DNA of 63,545 nucleotides, the filler included, from Octopus bimaculoides (lineage: Eukaryota): assembly GCF_001194135.2 (NCBI RefSeq). It is 10 parts of 9 records of this genome, joined end to end, with 100 filler letters (N's around TTAATTAATTAA, not from the genome) between each part and the next. Parts side by side here need not be neighbours in the genome. Positions count along the whole stretch, not along the records: positions 11,531 to 15,345 come from NC_068988.1; positions 15,446 to 19,383 come from NC_068994.1; positions 19,484 to 27,152 come from NW_026306849.1; 7 more parts are not named here. One strand, written 5' to 3'. Both the position numbers and the translations under genes were made by a program. The notes below the pieces were generated by a model. That model was not told where the DNA came from and made no database searches. It worked only from the letters and a program-made list of their open reading frames with translations. This document shows positions 11,576 to 23,653 of the stretch, in pieces; position 1 is the stretch's first letter; every line of letters starts with the position of its first letter.

Positions 11576-12796
11576 CCATTTCCTGAATGTGCCGCTAGGA
11601 CTAGCTTGCTAAACTCGAGAGTAGGATCAATGGCTTCTCGCGAATATCGATTCAGATTCCTTGGTAATCTGAGTTTCAAGCGTCCGGTTAGTCTTCGGCC
11701 ATTGGGTCTCAATCAGAGTTCGATTCATTAAAGTCAATATTTACTGCTGTACGTTAGCCTGCAATTGGTCGAGAAAGGTCACGCAGTATAGCGGTATTGC
11801 AGCGACAACAATTATTTGGAAAATACCGCATGGCGAACAGGTAGTCGACCACGTGGAGAGCAGAAAATTGAACACGTGGTGGACAAGAAATCGTTTGTGT
11901 GGGTGGGGGGAATTAGGAAGCGGTGCATATATACGTGTATATGCCCATATATCTGCGTGTATGTATCCGTACCTATACGTGTATACATGTGTGCTTAGAT
12001 GTACAACCACACATCCACACATCCACACATGAGTGCACACACCAACGCACACGCGCGCACACATACACATACACACACGCACGTATACACACACATGCAT
12101 GCACACCTTTATCACCATGTATATATGCACATGAGCACACGCATCGTGCGGGAACACGCAAATGTGCACGTATATAAACATGCACACGCACGGGTGCACA
12201 TGTATATATGTATATATATATATATATGTGTATGTGTGTGTGTGTGTGTGTGCGTTTGTGTGTGTGTATGTGTGTGCGTGTGTGTGTGTATGGGAGCAGA
12301 TGCGCACACATATACATCCGCGGACAGACATCCGTGACCTTGCCTACGGTGAGCAGATTCAGAGGTGTAGTCATGCACATGCGCTCCCACATATACTTGT
12401 GTGGTTATGCTAAAGGGCTGATGTACAAGGGATGAGAGTATGTGGGTAGACAGACATGGAGAAGCGTTGGGGACTGGTGATTTGCGGTACAGTTCATGGG
12501 GTTTAATTAATGACGGTGACCTTGGTGCAGGCTGGTACTAAGGAAGTATATCCGGGTCGTCGGTGGCCAAGGTTTACCTCCGGTGGCTGCAATACGACAC
12601 CTTATATTTCTTGTTAATGGATGCTCTAAGTTGGTAGAATATATTCAGTTTTTCACGGAGTAACGGCTGGCAATGAGGTGGGGAGTGAATGTAGTGTCCC
12701 CCTATCGATAATAGTCCTTTCCATTGTCTACTCACTCGTACACTTGTTCCAAACTCTTTTCATCGCCATTCACGTTCGTCTGACCAACAGTTTGCA

Positions 12797-13045
12797 ATGG
12801 ATAGACAACTATTGCCGTATTCGCTGAGGAATATCCAAATACCCCAAAGAAAAACTGATTTGACGCGACTCACGGAGACGATCGAATGTACCATCAAACG
12901 AATGCGCTGGAAAGATTTCTTCTACGAGAATGCTTCTAATACTATACCTGTAGATAAGTTTGGCTTTAAATCCCAAAAGTGCATCCCGCTTATGAAAAAC
13001 CTTGAAAATGTCGAGTCTGGCTTATGGAACATTGTAAAAAGGTAA
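12797..13045 (+). pseudogene. Penelope-like element ORF N-terminal fragment
   Basis: YSLRNIQIP...IECTIKRMRWKDFFY...FGFKSQKCIP...VESGLWNIVK resembles the YSxKNIP/KRMRWK/GFKS N-terminal motifs I associate with PLE ORFs. Confidence 0.65.
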
Positions 13046-15027
13046 GGTTCCAGCATTATTTAAACCTCCTATTTAAATCCTTAAATGACAGTATGACAAG
13101 TATTAAACAATAACCTAATCTACAGATCCTCGAAAACAAAAGAGAAAAAAACTCATGAAACAAACATTTCCACACATTCAAGACTCCTCACAGACTCCTC
13201 AAGACTCCTCACAGCTAAACATAGAAATAACTCGAAATTCCAGACACAACGACATAAACACAGAAGCAAATTTGCTAGCTACCCGCCGTATTACACGAAA
13301 CAACGGGAATAGACTGACACACAGCTACGCAAATACATGTTCGCGAACATTCATAAATATTTACGTTCCCACGTGCATGTATGAGTGTGCGTATTGCGGG
13401 TGTGTATGGTACGTGTCAGTGAGTTTCTTTGTGTGCATGTGTGTGTGTGTGTGTGTGTGTAAGTGTGTGTGTGTGTTTTTATGCGTGCACATGCCAATAT
13501 GTGTAAGCGTTGTTACGCATAAACAAATTAAAGAAATGTGGATATGCTTGAGTGTTTTCAAAATACGTTCACTTCGAAGTTGTCAAAAAATTGTGACTTC
13601 GATGAATCTGAAAGGAAATTTTGATACGACTCTTTCGCTGTAGTTTCGTATTAGTAAAGTTGAGTGACTGGAAATTGAGTGAACAGTGTGGAAGTTTGTC
13701 GGATAGATTATTGCCTAAAATTCAAACTTACAATCATGTGATGGGTTATGTCATATTGATTTTGCATTATACTTATAGGGCAAAATTGTCTGTAGAATTT
13801 TCAGCCAATTGACCCAGTATTTCAAACAGTAGGTAATTCAATTGATTGAAGAAAATTAAAGTTCATTGCCAGAACTTGCCGGTAATCTTTATATTACTAT
13901 TAGTCTTCATACTACAAATTTCTTGCTAAATTTACTTTAATTAAAAAAACAATTACAAACCCCATATCAGAAAACTGAAAGAAAAAAAAACCTTACATGG
14001 GTAACAGACGTATATTTCTATTAAAAAGTTAGTCAATAATATTGCATGTGATGAATGAAATACGAAACAAATATGCATTTGAAGAAAAAAATGACGCATG
14101 CTCATCCAAGTGGTCATGGAATGAACAAATGACTTAATATAAAGCTGGAATCTCTTCATCAAATGGAATATATTAATACAAACCCTAAAATTTGCATTAT
14201 TATGGTGGAAGGTATGTTTAAGATGTGTCGTCACAAATATGTACCTGTTTTTCATTCAGTCATAAAATAAGAGGAATTAAAAGAAAAGCAAGGAAATTAT
14301 TACCCGGAGGAACAATGCAGGATTGCGGGCTGTAAATATGTTTACCGAACAGGTGAGTCATTAAATTGAACTTAATTCGAGACCATGCTCTATCAAATTA
14401 ACTCGACACACCGTATTTTCTTCAATGATCAGTTGCATTTTGCCAGAAGTTTCTAAAATCTGAGATTTTTTATTACCCATTCCTACAGATATGTTTTCAG
14501 CCTGAACTGCCTAAAAGTGATTCATATCATTACCCCAAACATGAAAGGTATTTCAGCATACAACTTGAACTAATTAATGGAGACTAACTGAAAATGGCAA
14601 AACATTACTGCATGTACATCCGATAAACCATCTAATGAGGAGTCGATATTATATAAAATAGATATCGTCTCTTGAAATTGAATACAACCGCAGAATATAA
14701 ACACTACACTGGTGTGGTAAAAAGTGCTACATTTATATGGCAGAAGGCAAATTTAAGCAATATGAATACAAACCCTCTGATTTTCCATGAGGCGTACAGA
14801 GAAGTGAAATATAAATTTCATCCAATTAGAAAAGACAATGAAAAAATTATGAAACTAAATGTATTATTCGGCTGAAAAACCTAGCAACTAACAGAGTAAG
14901 CCTTAGCCTGATTAAAAAATGCAATGTATGTGTAGCGATACAAAATAATCTGGATTTAAATCAGTAATTTTGTCAATTATATAAACAGAAATCAATGAAT
15001 ATTACTAAACGCCAACACTACCACAAG

Positions 15028-15344
15028 TATTGGTTTGTGCGGAAAGTTCGAGCCGATTTTTAAATGAAAGAACAAGTTCAATGAATACTTGCCATTACAT
15101 TTTGAATCAACCAAATATGAACCATTTTGTTGCACAATGCTCCTCTCTCTTTCCTTTAACTTGAAAATATTCTCTTCTCAGAATTGAGGTGGCGTTATGG
15201 CAAAGAATTCATCAAGGTATATTTTTATGTCATCCAAGGAATTTAAATTTTTACCATTAAGACTATTCTGCAGAGACCTGAATAAGCAGAAATCCGAAGG
15301 AGCAATATCTGGTGAATATGGAGGGTGGGCTAACACATCCCAGC
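15028..15344 (-). mobile_element. Mariner transposon 3' end (transposase C-terminus plus TIR), truncated by a gap
   Basis: Minus strand reads WDVLAHPPYSPDIAPSDFCLFRSLQNSLNGK...QF*EENIFKL...IVQQNGSYLVD; TA + ttggtttgtgcggaaagtt TIR-like end at 15028. Confidence 0.9.
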
Positions 15345-15445
15345 TNNNNNNNNNNNNNNNNNNNNNNNNNNNNNNNNNNNNNNNNNNNNTTAATTAATTA
15401 ANNNNNNNNNNNNNNNNNNNNNNNNNNNNNNNNNNNNNNNNNNNN

Positions 15446-15460
15446 ACGCTCTTCCGATCT
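15446..15460 (+). other. Untrimmed Illumina adapter (ACGCTCTTCCGATCT) at a contig edge
   Basis: Exact match to the 3' end of the TruSeq adapter/read primer, directly after an N gap. Confidence 0.9.
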
Positions 15461-15797
15461 GCTAGCGACTTTCTTTTTATAAATGCATTACATTCCGAGA
15501 TATCTTTTTCTTTCCCACGCATTCTTAACTACGAGTGATAAACCATTGCTTGTCACTCTTTGCATCGTTCGCGCTGTCCCTGGGTGAAAGCGAACGAATG
15601 GATTTTCTCACTCTTCCATCAAGAACATTGTGCCAAACGTAGGAACCATGTAGTTGGGAAGCACGTTTTTTACCACACATCCACGCATGCGCTTAAGTTC
15701 TGCGTGAACAAGTCTCTTAAGTACTAAGGTGGTGTTTGTGTGTGATTGTTTGCGTGTTTGTGTTTGTACATATATGTGCGTGTATGGGCACGTGTGT

Positions 15798-15829
<32 letters not shown>

Positions 15830-16089
15830 ATGCATGATTCCTTTTTAGATTTGGTTCTTTGCAGAGGGTGCATATATTCGCTTAAAGAATGTCAGATGGA
15901 GAGTCTTTGGAATACCTCACAAATTTTAACTACATCGCTAATAGATTGGATTTGGAGGATGCGCTCCAGATACTTTCGTTTATTCTTACAGTATCCAGCT
16001 TCTTTAGATTGGTGTGCAAAGTATGTATGTATGAATGATCGACGACTAGCCATTACAGCTTTTTTCATTCTCTCTCTGTTTATTTTCTC

Positions 16090-16200
16090 GAATTCCTTTC
16101 CGCTGAAGAGCGTAGGCTTGAAACCTAAAAGACTTTCTTACTTTCCCGAACGTCAGATTAATACACATGCTTGTTGCTTATACACCTGTTTTCATATTTT
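16090..16200 (+). repeat. Repeat family E fragment with a degenerate hammerhead-like module
   Basis: ctgaagagcgtaggcttgaaacc followed by the ttcccgaacgtc tail shared with 51690-51795. Confidence 0.45.
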
Positions 16201-16820
16201 ACTCTTTTGTAAATTCCAACTATACACACACGCGCACGCGCGTGTATCTTTTTATTCTTTTATTCTTTTANNNNNNNNNNNNNNNNNNNNNNNNNNNNNN
16301 NNNNNNNNNNNNNNNNNNNNNNNNNNNNNNNNNNNNNNNNNNNNNNNNNNNNNNNNNNNNNNNNNNNNNNNNNNNNNNNNNNNNNNNNNNNNNNNNNNNN
16401 NNNNNNNNNNNNNNNNNNNNNNNNNNNNNNNNNNNNNNNNNNNNNNNNNNNNNNNNNNNNNNNNNNNNNNNNNNNNNNNNNNNNNNNNNNNNNNNNNNNN
16501 NNNNNNNNNNNNNNNNNNNNNNNNNNNNNNNNNNNNNNNNNNNNNNNNNNNNNNNNNNNNNNNNNNNNNNNNNNNNNNNNNNNNNNNNNNNNNNNNNNNN
16601 NNNNNNNNNNNNNNNNNNNNNNNNNNNNNNNNNNNNNNNNNNNNTAAGTAAGCTTTAAAGGTGGTGCTCCAGTATGACCACCGTACACGAAAAGGAGTAA
16701 AGTATACAGTGTCCGGTATTTGCCTTATTACGCCACTTAACCTGTCGTAGTAGGTCTGTCATTGTTCCTGGGGCCAGTCGATTGAAGAGCGACGAAAGAA
16801 TATGTCCTCAGCAGAATATT

Positions 16821-16854
16821 AAAAAAAAAAGCCACAAAAACAAAAAAGTTAAAA
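16821..16854 (-). terminator. Pol III oligo-T terminators downstream of tRNA-Leu
   Basis: On the minus strand T4, T6, T5 and T10 runs begin 6 nt after the discriminator base. Confidence 0.8.
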
Positions 16855-16859
16855 CAATT

Positions 16860-16941
16860 TGGCAGCGGTGGGATTCGAACCCACGTCTCCGAAGAGACTG
16901 GTGCCTAAAACCAGCGCCTTAGACCACTCGGCCACGCTACC
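16860..16941 (-). tRNA. tRNA-Leu-TAG: tRNA-Leu, anticodon TAG
   Basis: GGTAGCGTGGCCGAGTGGTCTAAGGCGCTGGTTTTAGGCACCAGTCTCTTCGGAGACGTGGGTTCGAATCCCACCGCTGCCA: full cloverleaf, long variable arm, intact A and B boxes. Confidence 0.97.
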
Positions 16942-16967
16942 TCATGGGAAAACCAGCTTCAAGCTTT

Positions 16968-16980
16968 TATTATATATAAA
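16968..16980 (-). promoter_or_regulatory. TATA-like element about 30 bp upstream of tRNA-Leu
   Basis: TTTATATATAATA on the minus strand, roughly 27-39 nt upstream of the mature 5' end. Confidence 0.5.
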
Positions 16981-17090
16981 AAAATTCGTGTAGGTGGATG
17001 CAGATTTTTACATCAATAAGTTTGTACATGGCTATATTTGTGCATATATGTGTGCGCGTGTGCGTGTGTGTGTGTGAGAGTGTGTGTGAA

Positions 17091-17405
17091 TGGACGTGGC
17101 TTAGTGGTTAAGGTGTTTGGCTCACGATTGTATGAAGTCGTGTGTTCGATTCCCGACGGTGCATTGTGTCATTGAACAAGACACTTTAATCCGTGTCGCT
17201 CTCGTTCAATCAGCTACCAAAATTGAGTTGTACGCGTATTTCAAATAGCCATCCTTGTCGCATTCCGTGTAATCACGCTGGATCTCCCCCAGAGAAAGAC
17301 GTAAAGCGTACGTGTTTGTGGAGTACTCAGCCACTTGTACGCTAATTTCATGAGGTGGCTGTTCCGTTGATCGGATCAACTGAAACCCTTGTCGTAAGTG
17401 ACGGA
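17091..17405 (+). mobile_element. tRNA-derived SINE, family C variant
   Basis: A box tggcttagtgg, B box gttcgattccc, central ttgaacaagacacttt domain shared with 17438-17773. Confidence 0.75.
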
Positions 17406-17437
17406 GTGTGTGCCAGTTGTGTGTGAATTTAAAGGGT

Positions 17438-17773
17438 AAAGACCCCCTTCGGTCATGAATGACCGTGGAATTGCATCTAGAAAATTCCCTTCCTAGGCAC
17501 AAGTCCGGACGAGGTTGTTTATGGAAGACCAGCAGTCGCCCATGCATACCAGTCTCCCCTCTCCACGTCACTGATGTTATCCAAGGTAAAGGCAAAGGGG
17601 CCGATACAGCTTGGCACCAGTGACATTGCAACTCATTTCTACAGCTGAGTGAACTGGAGAAACGTGAAATAAAGTGTCTTGCTCAAGAACACAACACACA
17701 GCCTGGTCCGGGAATCGAACTCATTACCTCATGATTGTGAGCCCGATGCTCTAACCCATTGAGTCATGCACTT
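17438..17773 (-). mobile_element. tRNA-derived SINE, family C, full length
   Basis: Minus strand has gagttcgattcccgg (B box) and ttgagcaagacacttt; near-identical to 58592-58908. Confidence 0.85.
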
Positions 17774-17849
17774 TCGTTGTGTGAACGTATCTTTGTACTT
17801 ATCTGTCTGTTTCTACGTGTGCAAAAGTATATTCTTTGTTTTTTTTTTC

Positions 17850-18050
17850 TTCTATTTGTTTCAGCCATATGACTGCGGCCATGCTGGAGCACCGCCTTTA
17901 GTCGAACAAATCGAATCCAGGACTTATTCTTTGTAAGCCTAGTACTTATTCTATCGATCTCTTTTGCCGAACCGCTAAGTTACGGGGGACGTAAACACAT
18001 CAGCATCGGTTGTCAAGCGATGTTGGGGGGACAAACAGAGACATACAAAC
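17850..18050 (-). mobile_element. SINE family B, 3' half
   Basis: gactgcggccatgctggagcaccgcc...ccgctaagttacgggggacgtaaacac; the same tail occurs at about 3925, 36003, 42430, 47690, 56585 and 62565. Confidence 0.8.
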
Positions 18051-18051
18051 A

Positions 18052-18092
<41 letters not shown>

Positions 18093-18828
18093 GCGTGCGT
18101 GTGTTTATGCATCTATATGTAACTCTGCATGCCTATGTACGCGCATTTTCTAACCAACAGTATCTATTATCGACTGTTCACACCTCCGTGTGTGTACGAA
18201 TACAAAAATGAATAATACAGTGTGACAAGCTGTTATCTCTGGTCATTGACCTCTTCAATAACAACCACAACAACAACAGATCTCTGTTGACATTAAACTC
18301 ACTAAAAAACCATTCCTTCTTTTTTTTTATTCTAAACATTCTCATTCTTCTCGCTGTTATTCACTATCTAACTTCAATCTTACTCTTTCCCATGTATTCT
18401 TCTTGTCTGTTGTCTGTATTTCCACCTCCCTACTCAGATACATCAACTACCTTTTTTACCATTTCACAGAATACTAGAATGGCCTGCGATAATAATACTT
18501 TTTTTCCCTCCCAAAACTCTTGAATTGTTTTATATCTGATATTTAATTAGGGAGGTGTTTCCCGAAATATAACAGAAGCATCATACAACGCATGTAAAGT
18601 GTGTGTGTGTGCGTGCGTGTGTGTACGTATGTATGAGAAAGAAAAGAGAGTGAGAGAAAGAGAGAGAAAGTGTGTGTGTGTATGTGTGTGTGTAGGTATG
18701 TATGAGAAAGAAAAGAGAAAGTGGGAGAGAGAGAGAGAGAAAGTGTGTGTGCGTGTGTTCATGTGTGTGCGTATGTATGGGGAGAGAAAAGAGAGAATGA
18801 GGGAGAGGAAGAGAGATAAAGAGAGCGT

Positions 18829-18868
<40 letters not shown>

Positions 18869-19059
18869 GAAAGAGAGCGTGAGGAAGAAAAAGAGAGCGT
18901 GTGTGTGTGAGAGAGAGTGAGAAAAGGGCGCGCATGTGTGCGTGTGTGTGAAGAATGAAGTATAAGAGTTTCCTTACCGGAAGTGATATTTTACTATATC
19001 CTGTTGTCTGCGAGACAACTTGAGTGGCAGTTTCATTGTTGTTGCTATTACTGAGTAGC

Positions 19060-19248
19060 TGCTGTTGTTGTTGTTGTTGTTGTTGTTGTTATCACTATTG
19101 CTGTTGTCGTTGTTGTTGTTGCTGTTAGCGCTAGTGTTCGTGGTTCTATTACAGTTCCATTCCGTAATAATTGTCTTGGTGACAGTGGGAAGAAATAGAA
19201 TTGCACTGCCAGCGGTGGTGGTGGTGGTGGTGGTATTGGTGGTGGTAG

Positions 19249-19279
<31 letters not shown>

Positions 19280-19383
19280 AGTGGTGGTGAAGGTGATTGT
19301 GGTTGTGGTGGTGATGCTGATGGTGGTGGTGGTGGCCGTCGTCGTCGGCGTCGTGTTGGAGGTTTTGGTGGTGACGCTGATGG
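19060..19383. repeat. Compound (GTT)n/(GTG)n/(GTC)n trinucleotide repeat
   Basis: Direct reading. Confidence 0.9.
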
Positions 19384-20167
19384 NNNNNNNNNNNNNNNNN
19401 NNNNNNNNNNNNNNNNNNNNNNNNNNNTTAATTAATTAANNNNNNNNNNNNNNNNNNNNNNNNNNNNNNNNNNNNNNNNNNNNCCCTTCATCAGAGACGG
19501 TGCGAGAAAATGTTTAAGTAATAGTTATAGAGAAGATATGACATACAGAGTGAAGTTGCGGAAAGAAAAAGGACGTGAGATACGTAAGGATATTGTATTT
19601 GCCGTTCCATTATTTAAGTAGAATGGTGTATATATACGTTTCCTGTATTCTCTGTGTGAGTTGAATATGTATGTATGTATTTATGTATGCATGTATGTAA
19701 GAATATACATAGGTACATACACTGATATGCACTCGTACTTATGCGTACGTGTATGCGTGGCTGTATGAAAGAGTGAGAAAGCGGCAGTTTCAGAGATATA
19801 GAAAGGAACCTCTCCCAGGGAAAGGCTTTCCTTGTGCCTGAATATGAAACCAATATTTACAAATCCTATTCAGACTCGTGAAAATGTTTCGCATTTCTGT
19901 TATTTACTTTTTTATTTGTCCACTGATTTGTATTAAAATGATAATAAGTCGTCCAACCACTAAGATGTTTCTTCTCTTATATACAGGTTATCAGGTAAGA
20001 TGATATTTTTTCAAATCTTTCTAAATGGCTAAATATATTTTTACCTAAATCGTACAAGTTATCAAAGATTTTCGATGTGTTTCCTCCACCGATATCTTCC
20101 CGACACACATCATCAAACAAAACTCTACATTTATGTGTATCATGCTAGCGTATATTTAAATATAAAG

Positions 20168-20212
<45 letters not shown>

Positions 20213-22642
20213 TGCATGTGTATATGTTTTGGTCCATTCCCACTACATCGTTTATCAACTGATGCTTGTTCGTTTACTCCCCCCCCCCAACATAGCAGTC
20301 CAGCAAAAAGCATATGGCAGTGAATTTGTTCAATTTATGACTTCATGAAATAACTGAAACATATAAAAGATAAAAGCATAAGATACAAATATTTTTCTAA
20401 GATTTACTATTGAAACAAAATCCAACGTCTGATGTAAATAAAATTGTATGTGTTATGATACCCAAATATCTTTCGTATCGATATAAATGTTGCAAGTAAA
20501 TAAAGACGAGCCATAAAGACGCCAAAAAGTGTCGGTTCGATACCCATACCAGATTGCCAAAAAATATAGAAAAAAGTCATAATTCTAGTGAAAGCACATA
20601 GTGTAATTATACAAAGGAGTCTAAATTTGACGCCGTATGTTTACTTATGGCCAGATACATAAGTATCTCTTGACACCTATATAGGCATGTAAGTTTGTAT
20701 GTATTTTAGCACCATTAATAATATTCACTCGATCATCATACCGTTATTGCAACTGATGTAATGACGTTGTCACGATTATCTGCTAAATTGATGCTGCATT
20801 CGCCGTAGTCCAATGACGGGAACATAGACGCACAAATTGATAAAATAACTGTTGCCAGAAATTACACAACCGCGGGCAGGCATTTAATAATATGCATGCT
20901 TACACTACAACACAGAAACGCATCACTAGAGTAGACACTGTCCATTCCAACACGCTTCTCTGAACAGATGAGTGTCTACTGCGCCAAATTCCGGAGAAAT
21001 TAAGTACTGCAAATACTGATGTGCAAACGCCAAACAAACTTAGCAACATAAACCAAAGAGAACCTCTGAGAATTATCATAATAATGAAATGATTACAACT
21101 CTATTAGCATATACAGAAGTAACGTAAAATCCCCATCAATTTCCGTCAAATTGTACAAAACCGTTTTATTACAATCTATGCTTTCTTCATTATGTGGTGT
21201 ACACACGACTGTCCGCGAACGATACATAGATACTTATATGTATGTATATATATATATATATATATATACATATATGTTTACACAAACACACACACACATA
21301 TTTATATATATACATACATACACAAACATGCATACATAGGCACGCACACACATTTCAATTCAGTGACATTTGCTTCCATGCTTATTGTGATTTCACTGGT
21401 GTGAATTTGAACCTAACATTTTGCACTTTGTGTTTGATTCTGTCTTGTGTATTAGTTTCTAGAATTTAAGCCAAAAGACTCATAAGTCGTAATAATCGTA
21501 ACGGTCGGCCTCACATCCATATTTATTTATCTATTACTAGAAAAATACGTCATAGATATTTTTACATGCTAGTCGCAACGTAGCCCAGATTATAAGATTT
21601 ATAAAATCCTATTCATATTGCTGGCGTACTTGAAGAATTGTAGCACTAGTAGTGAAAGTTTAATTCAATAGATAAATAACTTTGTATTAAATGATTTAAT
21701 GAAATAACATTGTTTTCTATACTATACTCAGAAAGTAATAACAACAGCGTTATATTCTGGACACTCAATAGTGAATTTACATTACAATCTAGAGCTATTG
21801 AATGCCCACCAAAGAAATTATTATTCCATTATAAATCTGCTCCGCTTTTGTATCTAATATCAACAATATTGTCAGTAGATTATACCTATGGTTATTAAAT
21901 ATCCTACTATATATTTGAGAAAACGTCTTGAATTCATACAAAATAATAAATGGCTGTAAAGAAAATGCAATATTTGTATATTAGTTTCACTTACTTTCAT
22001 ATGAAAGGCTTTGTTTTGTTTTTATTGCTAAATGTTTTTCCCTGCTAAATTCATTGTCACGTCATACTGGCAGACACTTATGCATAGCCAGATATTTCTG
22101 TTTACCAGTGAATGATTTCATTCCTTTATCAACATATTTCTGGCATTAACAGGCGTCTCAGTATCGACAGTTGCACGGAATATTTTGTTCGCTGGAGTTA
22201 ATTAAGAAACCTTTAATTGTACTTTATTGTATTGCTTCGAATGAAAAAGAAACATACACACTGATTGCTCGCCACACTTGCAAAGTCTAAAAGCAAACAA
22301 AGACCCTAGAAAAATGAACAAAATTCACGTTACATGCAAATAAAACTAAATGTGTATTTAAGGATATCATTGTCTTCTGCCTATTTGTTTGCATTCAGGC
22401 GGTTTTGTATTACTGAAAAACGTTTGTACAAGGTAGCACACAACATATTAATGGCGATATTATACTAAACTACATACCACAACGAGAAAGAAAGCTGAAA
22501 TTAGAAAACGACGAATATTATACAACTTGTAAACTGTCTCAACACTCCGATGCTTTGCAGTTCAAATATTTTCATACACATACATCCTTGTTATTCATTG
22601 ATGCACAGCAAATAAACGAGTCTCTAACAATCTTACTGCAGC

Positions 22643-22677
<35 letters not shown>

Positions 22678-23085
22678 GTGCATGTGTGTGTGTAAATGTG
22701 TAAGTGCGTGTGTGTGTGTAAGTGTGTAAGAGTGTGTGTGTGTATGCCAGTCCATTGAGAGAGATAAATATATACATGTCCAGGAAGGTAGAATGCTAAA
22801 CAAATAGATAGTAAAGGGTGGAATAATATAGAGGATAGATTTATAGTTGTTTGGATAGATAACGTCGCTTCCTATCTTACACGTAGGGGACAGAGTAGAA
22901 ATGTTCCAGTAATGTAATATCTGTATAATTACTCGGCCTAATAGCAAAAGAGCAAACAAATATCTCTAAAATGTTACCGTTAATTATTTAAGGGTCAGAG
23001 TATGACTGAAATGAACGTTGGTTAATCACAACTTCAATGTCCAAAAAAGGCTGACCTTGGTATTAAACAGCACAATTAAAAAATT

Positions 23086-23653
23086 GGGATCTTTTTTAAA
23101 ACGGGGGCCACATTTTTCATTAACGAAACACTTTGAAACTTGGAACACTGGTAGAATGTGTCATATAAAACATATTTTTCTCTTAGTCTTCTTTAAAAAG
23201 AAAGAAATCCATAAGTTATTCCATGTTAAAGTTGTCGTATTATGTAATTTCAACCAATCACTGACGTCCATTCAGCCGATATACATTAAGTGCCGACTAC
23301 ATAAACAAACGATTCTGAAACAATTAACCCTAACCCTACGGTTAGGGTTAGGGTTAGGGTTAAAGCAAATTTAAAATGAAAAAAGCAAATAAAACGAAGG
23401 TATGGAGATTAAATACGCTTTACATCGCTTAATCAGCCAAAGGAGTAAATGTAAACAACTGAATACTTGTCAGTGATTGGTTGAAATTATCGAAATAAGA
23501 CAATTTTTTACATGAAATAAATTCGAATACACAAATATTTTTCTGTTCTATAACACAAAATAGATAAGTATACGAAGTTTGAAAGTCTTTCGGTACCAAA
23601 AGCACTACGTAAAACATTAATGAAAAATGTGGCCCCCGTTTTAAAAAAGATCC
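23086..23653. mobile_element. MITE with ~200-bp imperfect TIRs and a central (CCCTAA)/(TTAGGG) palindrome
   Basis: ggatcttttttaaaacgggggccacatttttcattaa and its reverse complement occur at both ends; tttcaaccaatcactgac is mirrored internally. Confidence 0.85.

Noticed and set aside
15446-15460. ACGCTCTTCCGATCT after a gap
   Set aside because: Illumina adapter contamination.
19987-19994. Possible 8-nt microexon (cag|GTTATCAG|gtaaga)
   Set aside because: Not frame-preserving and no supporting neighbouring exons.
23324-23363. Telomere fusion scar
   Set aside because: Orientation is CCCTAA then TTAGGG, it is very short, and it lies inside a MITE.
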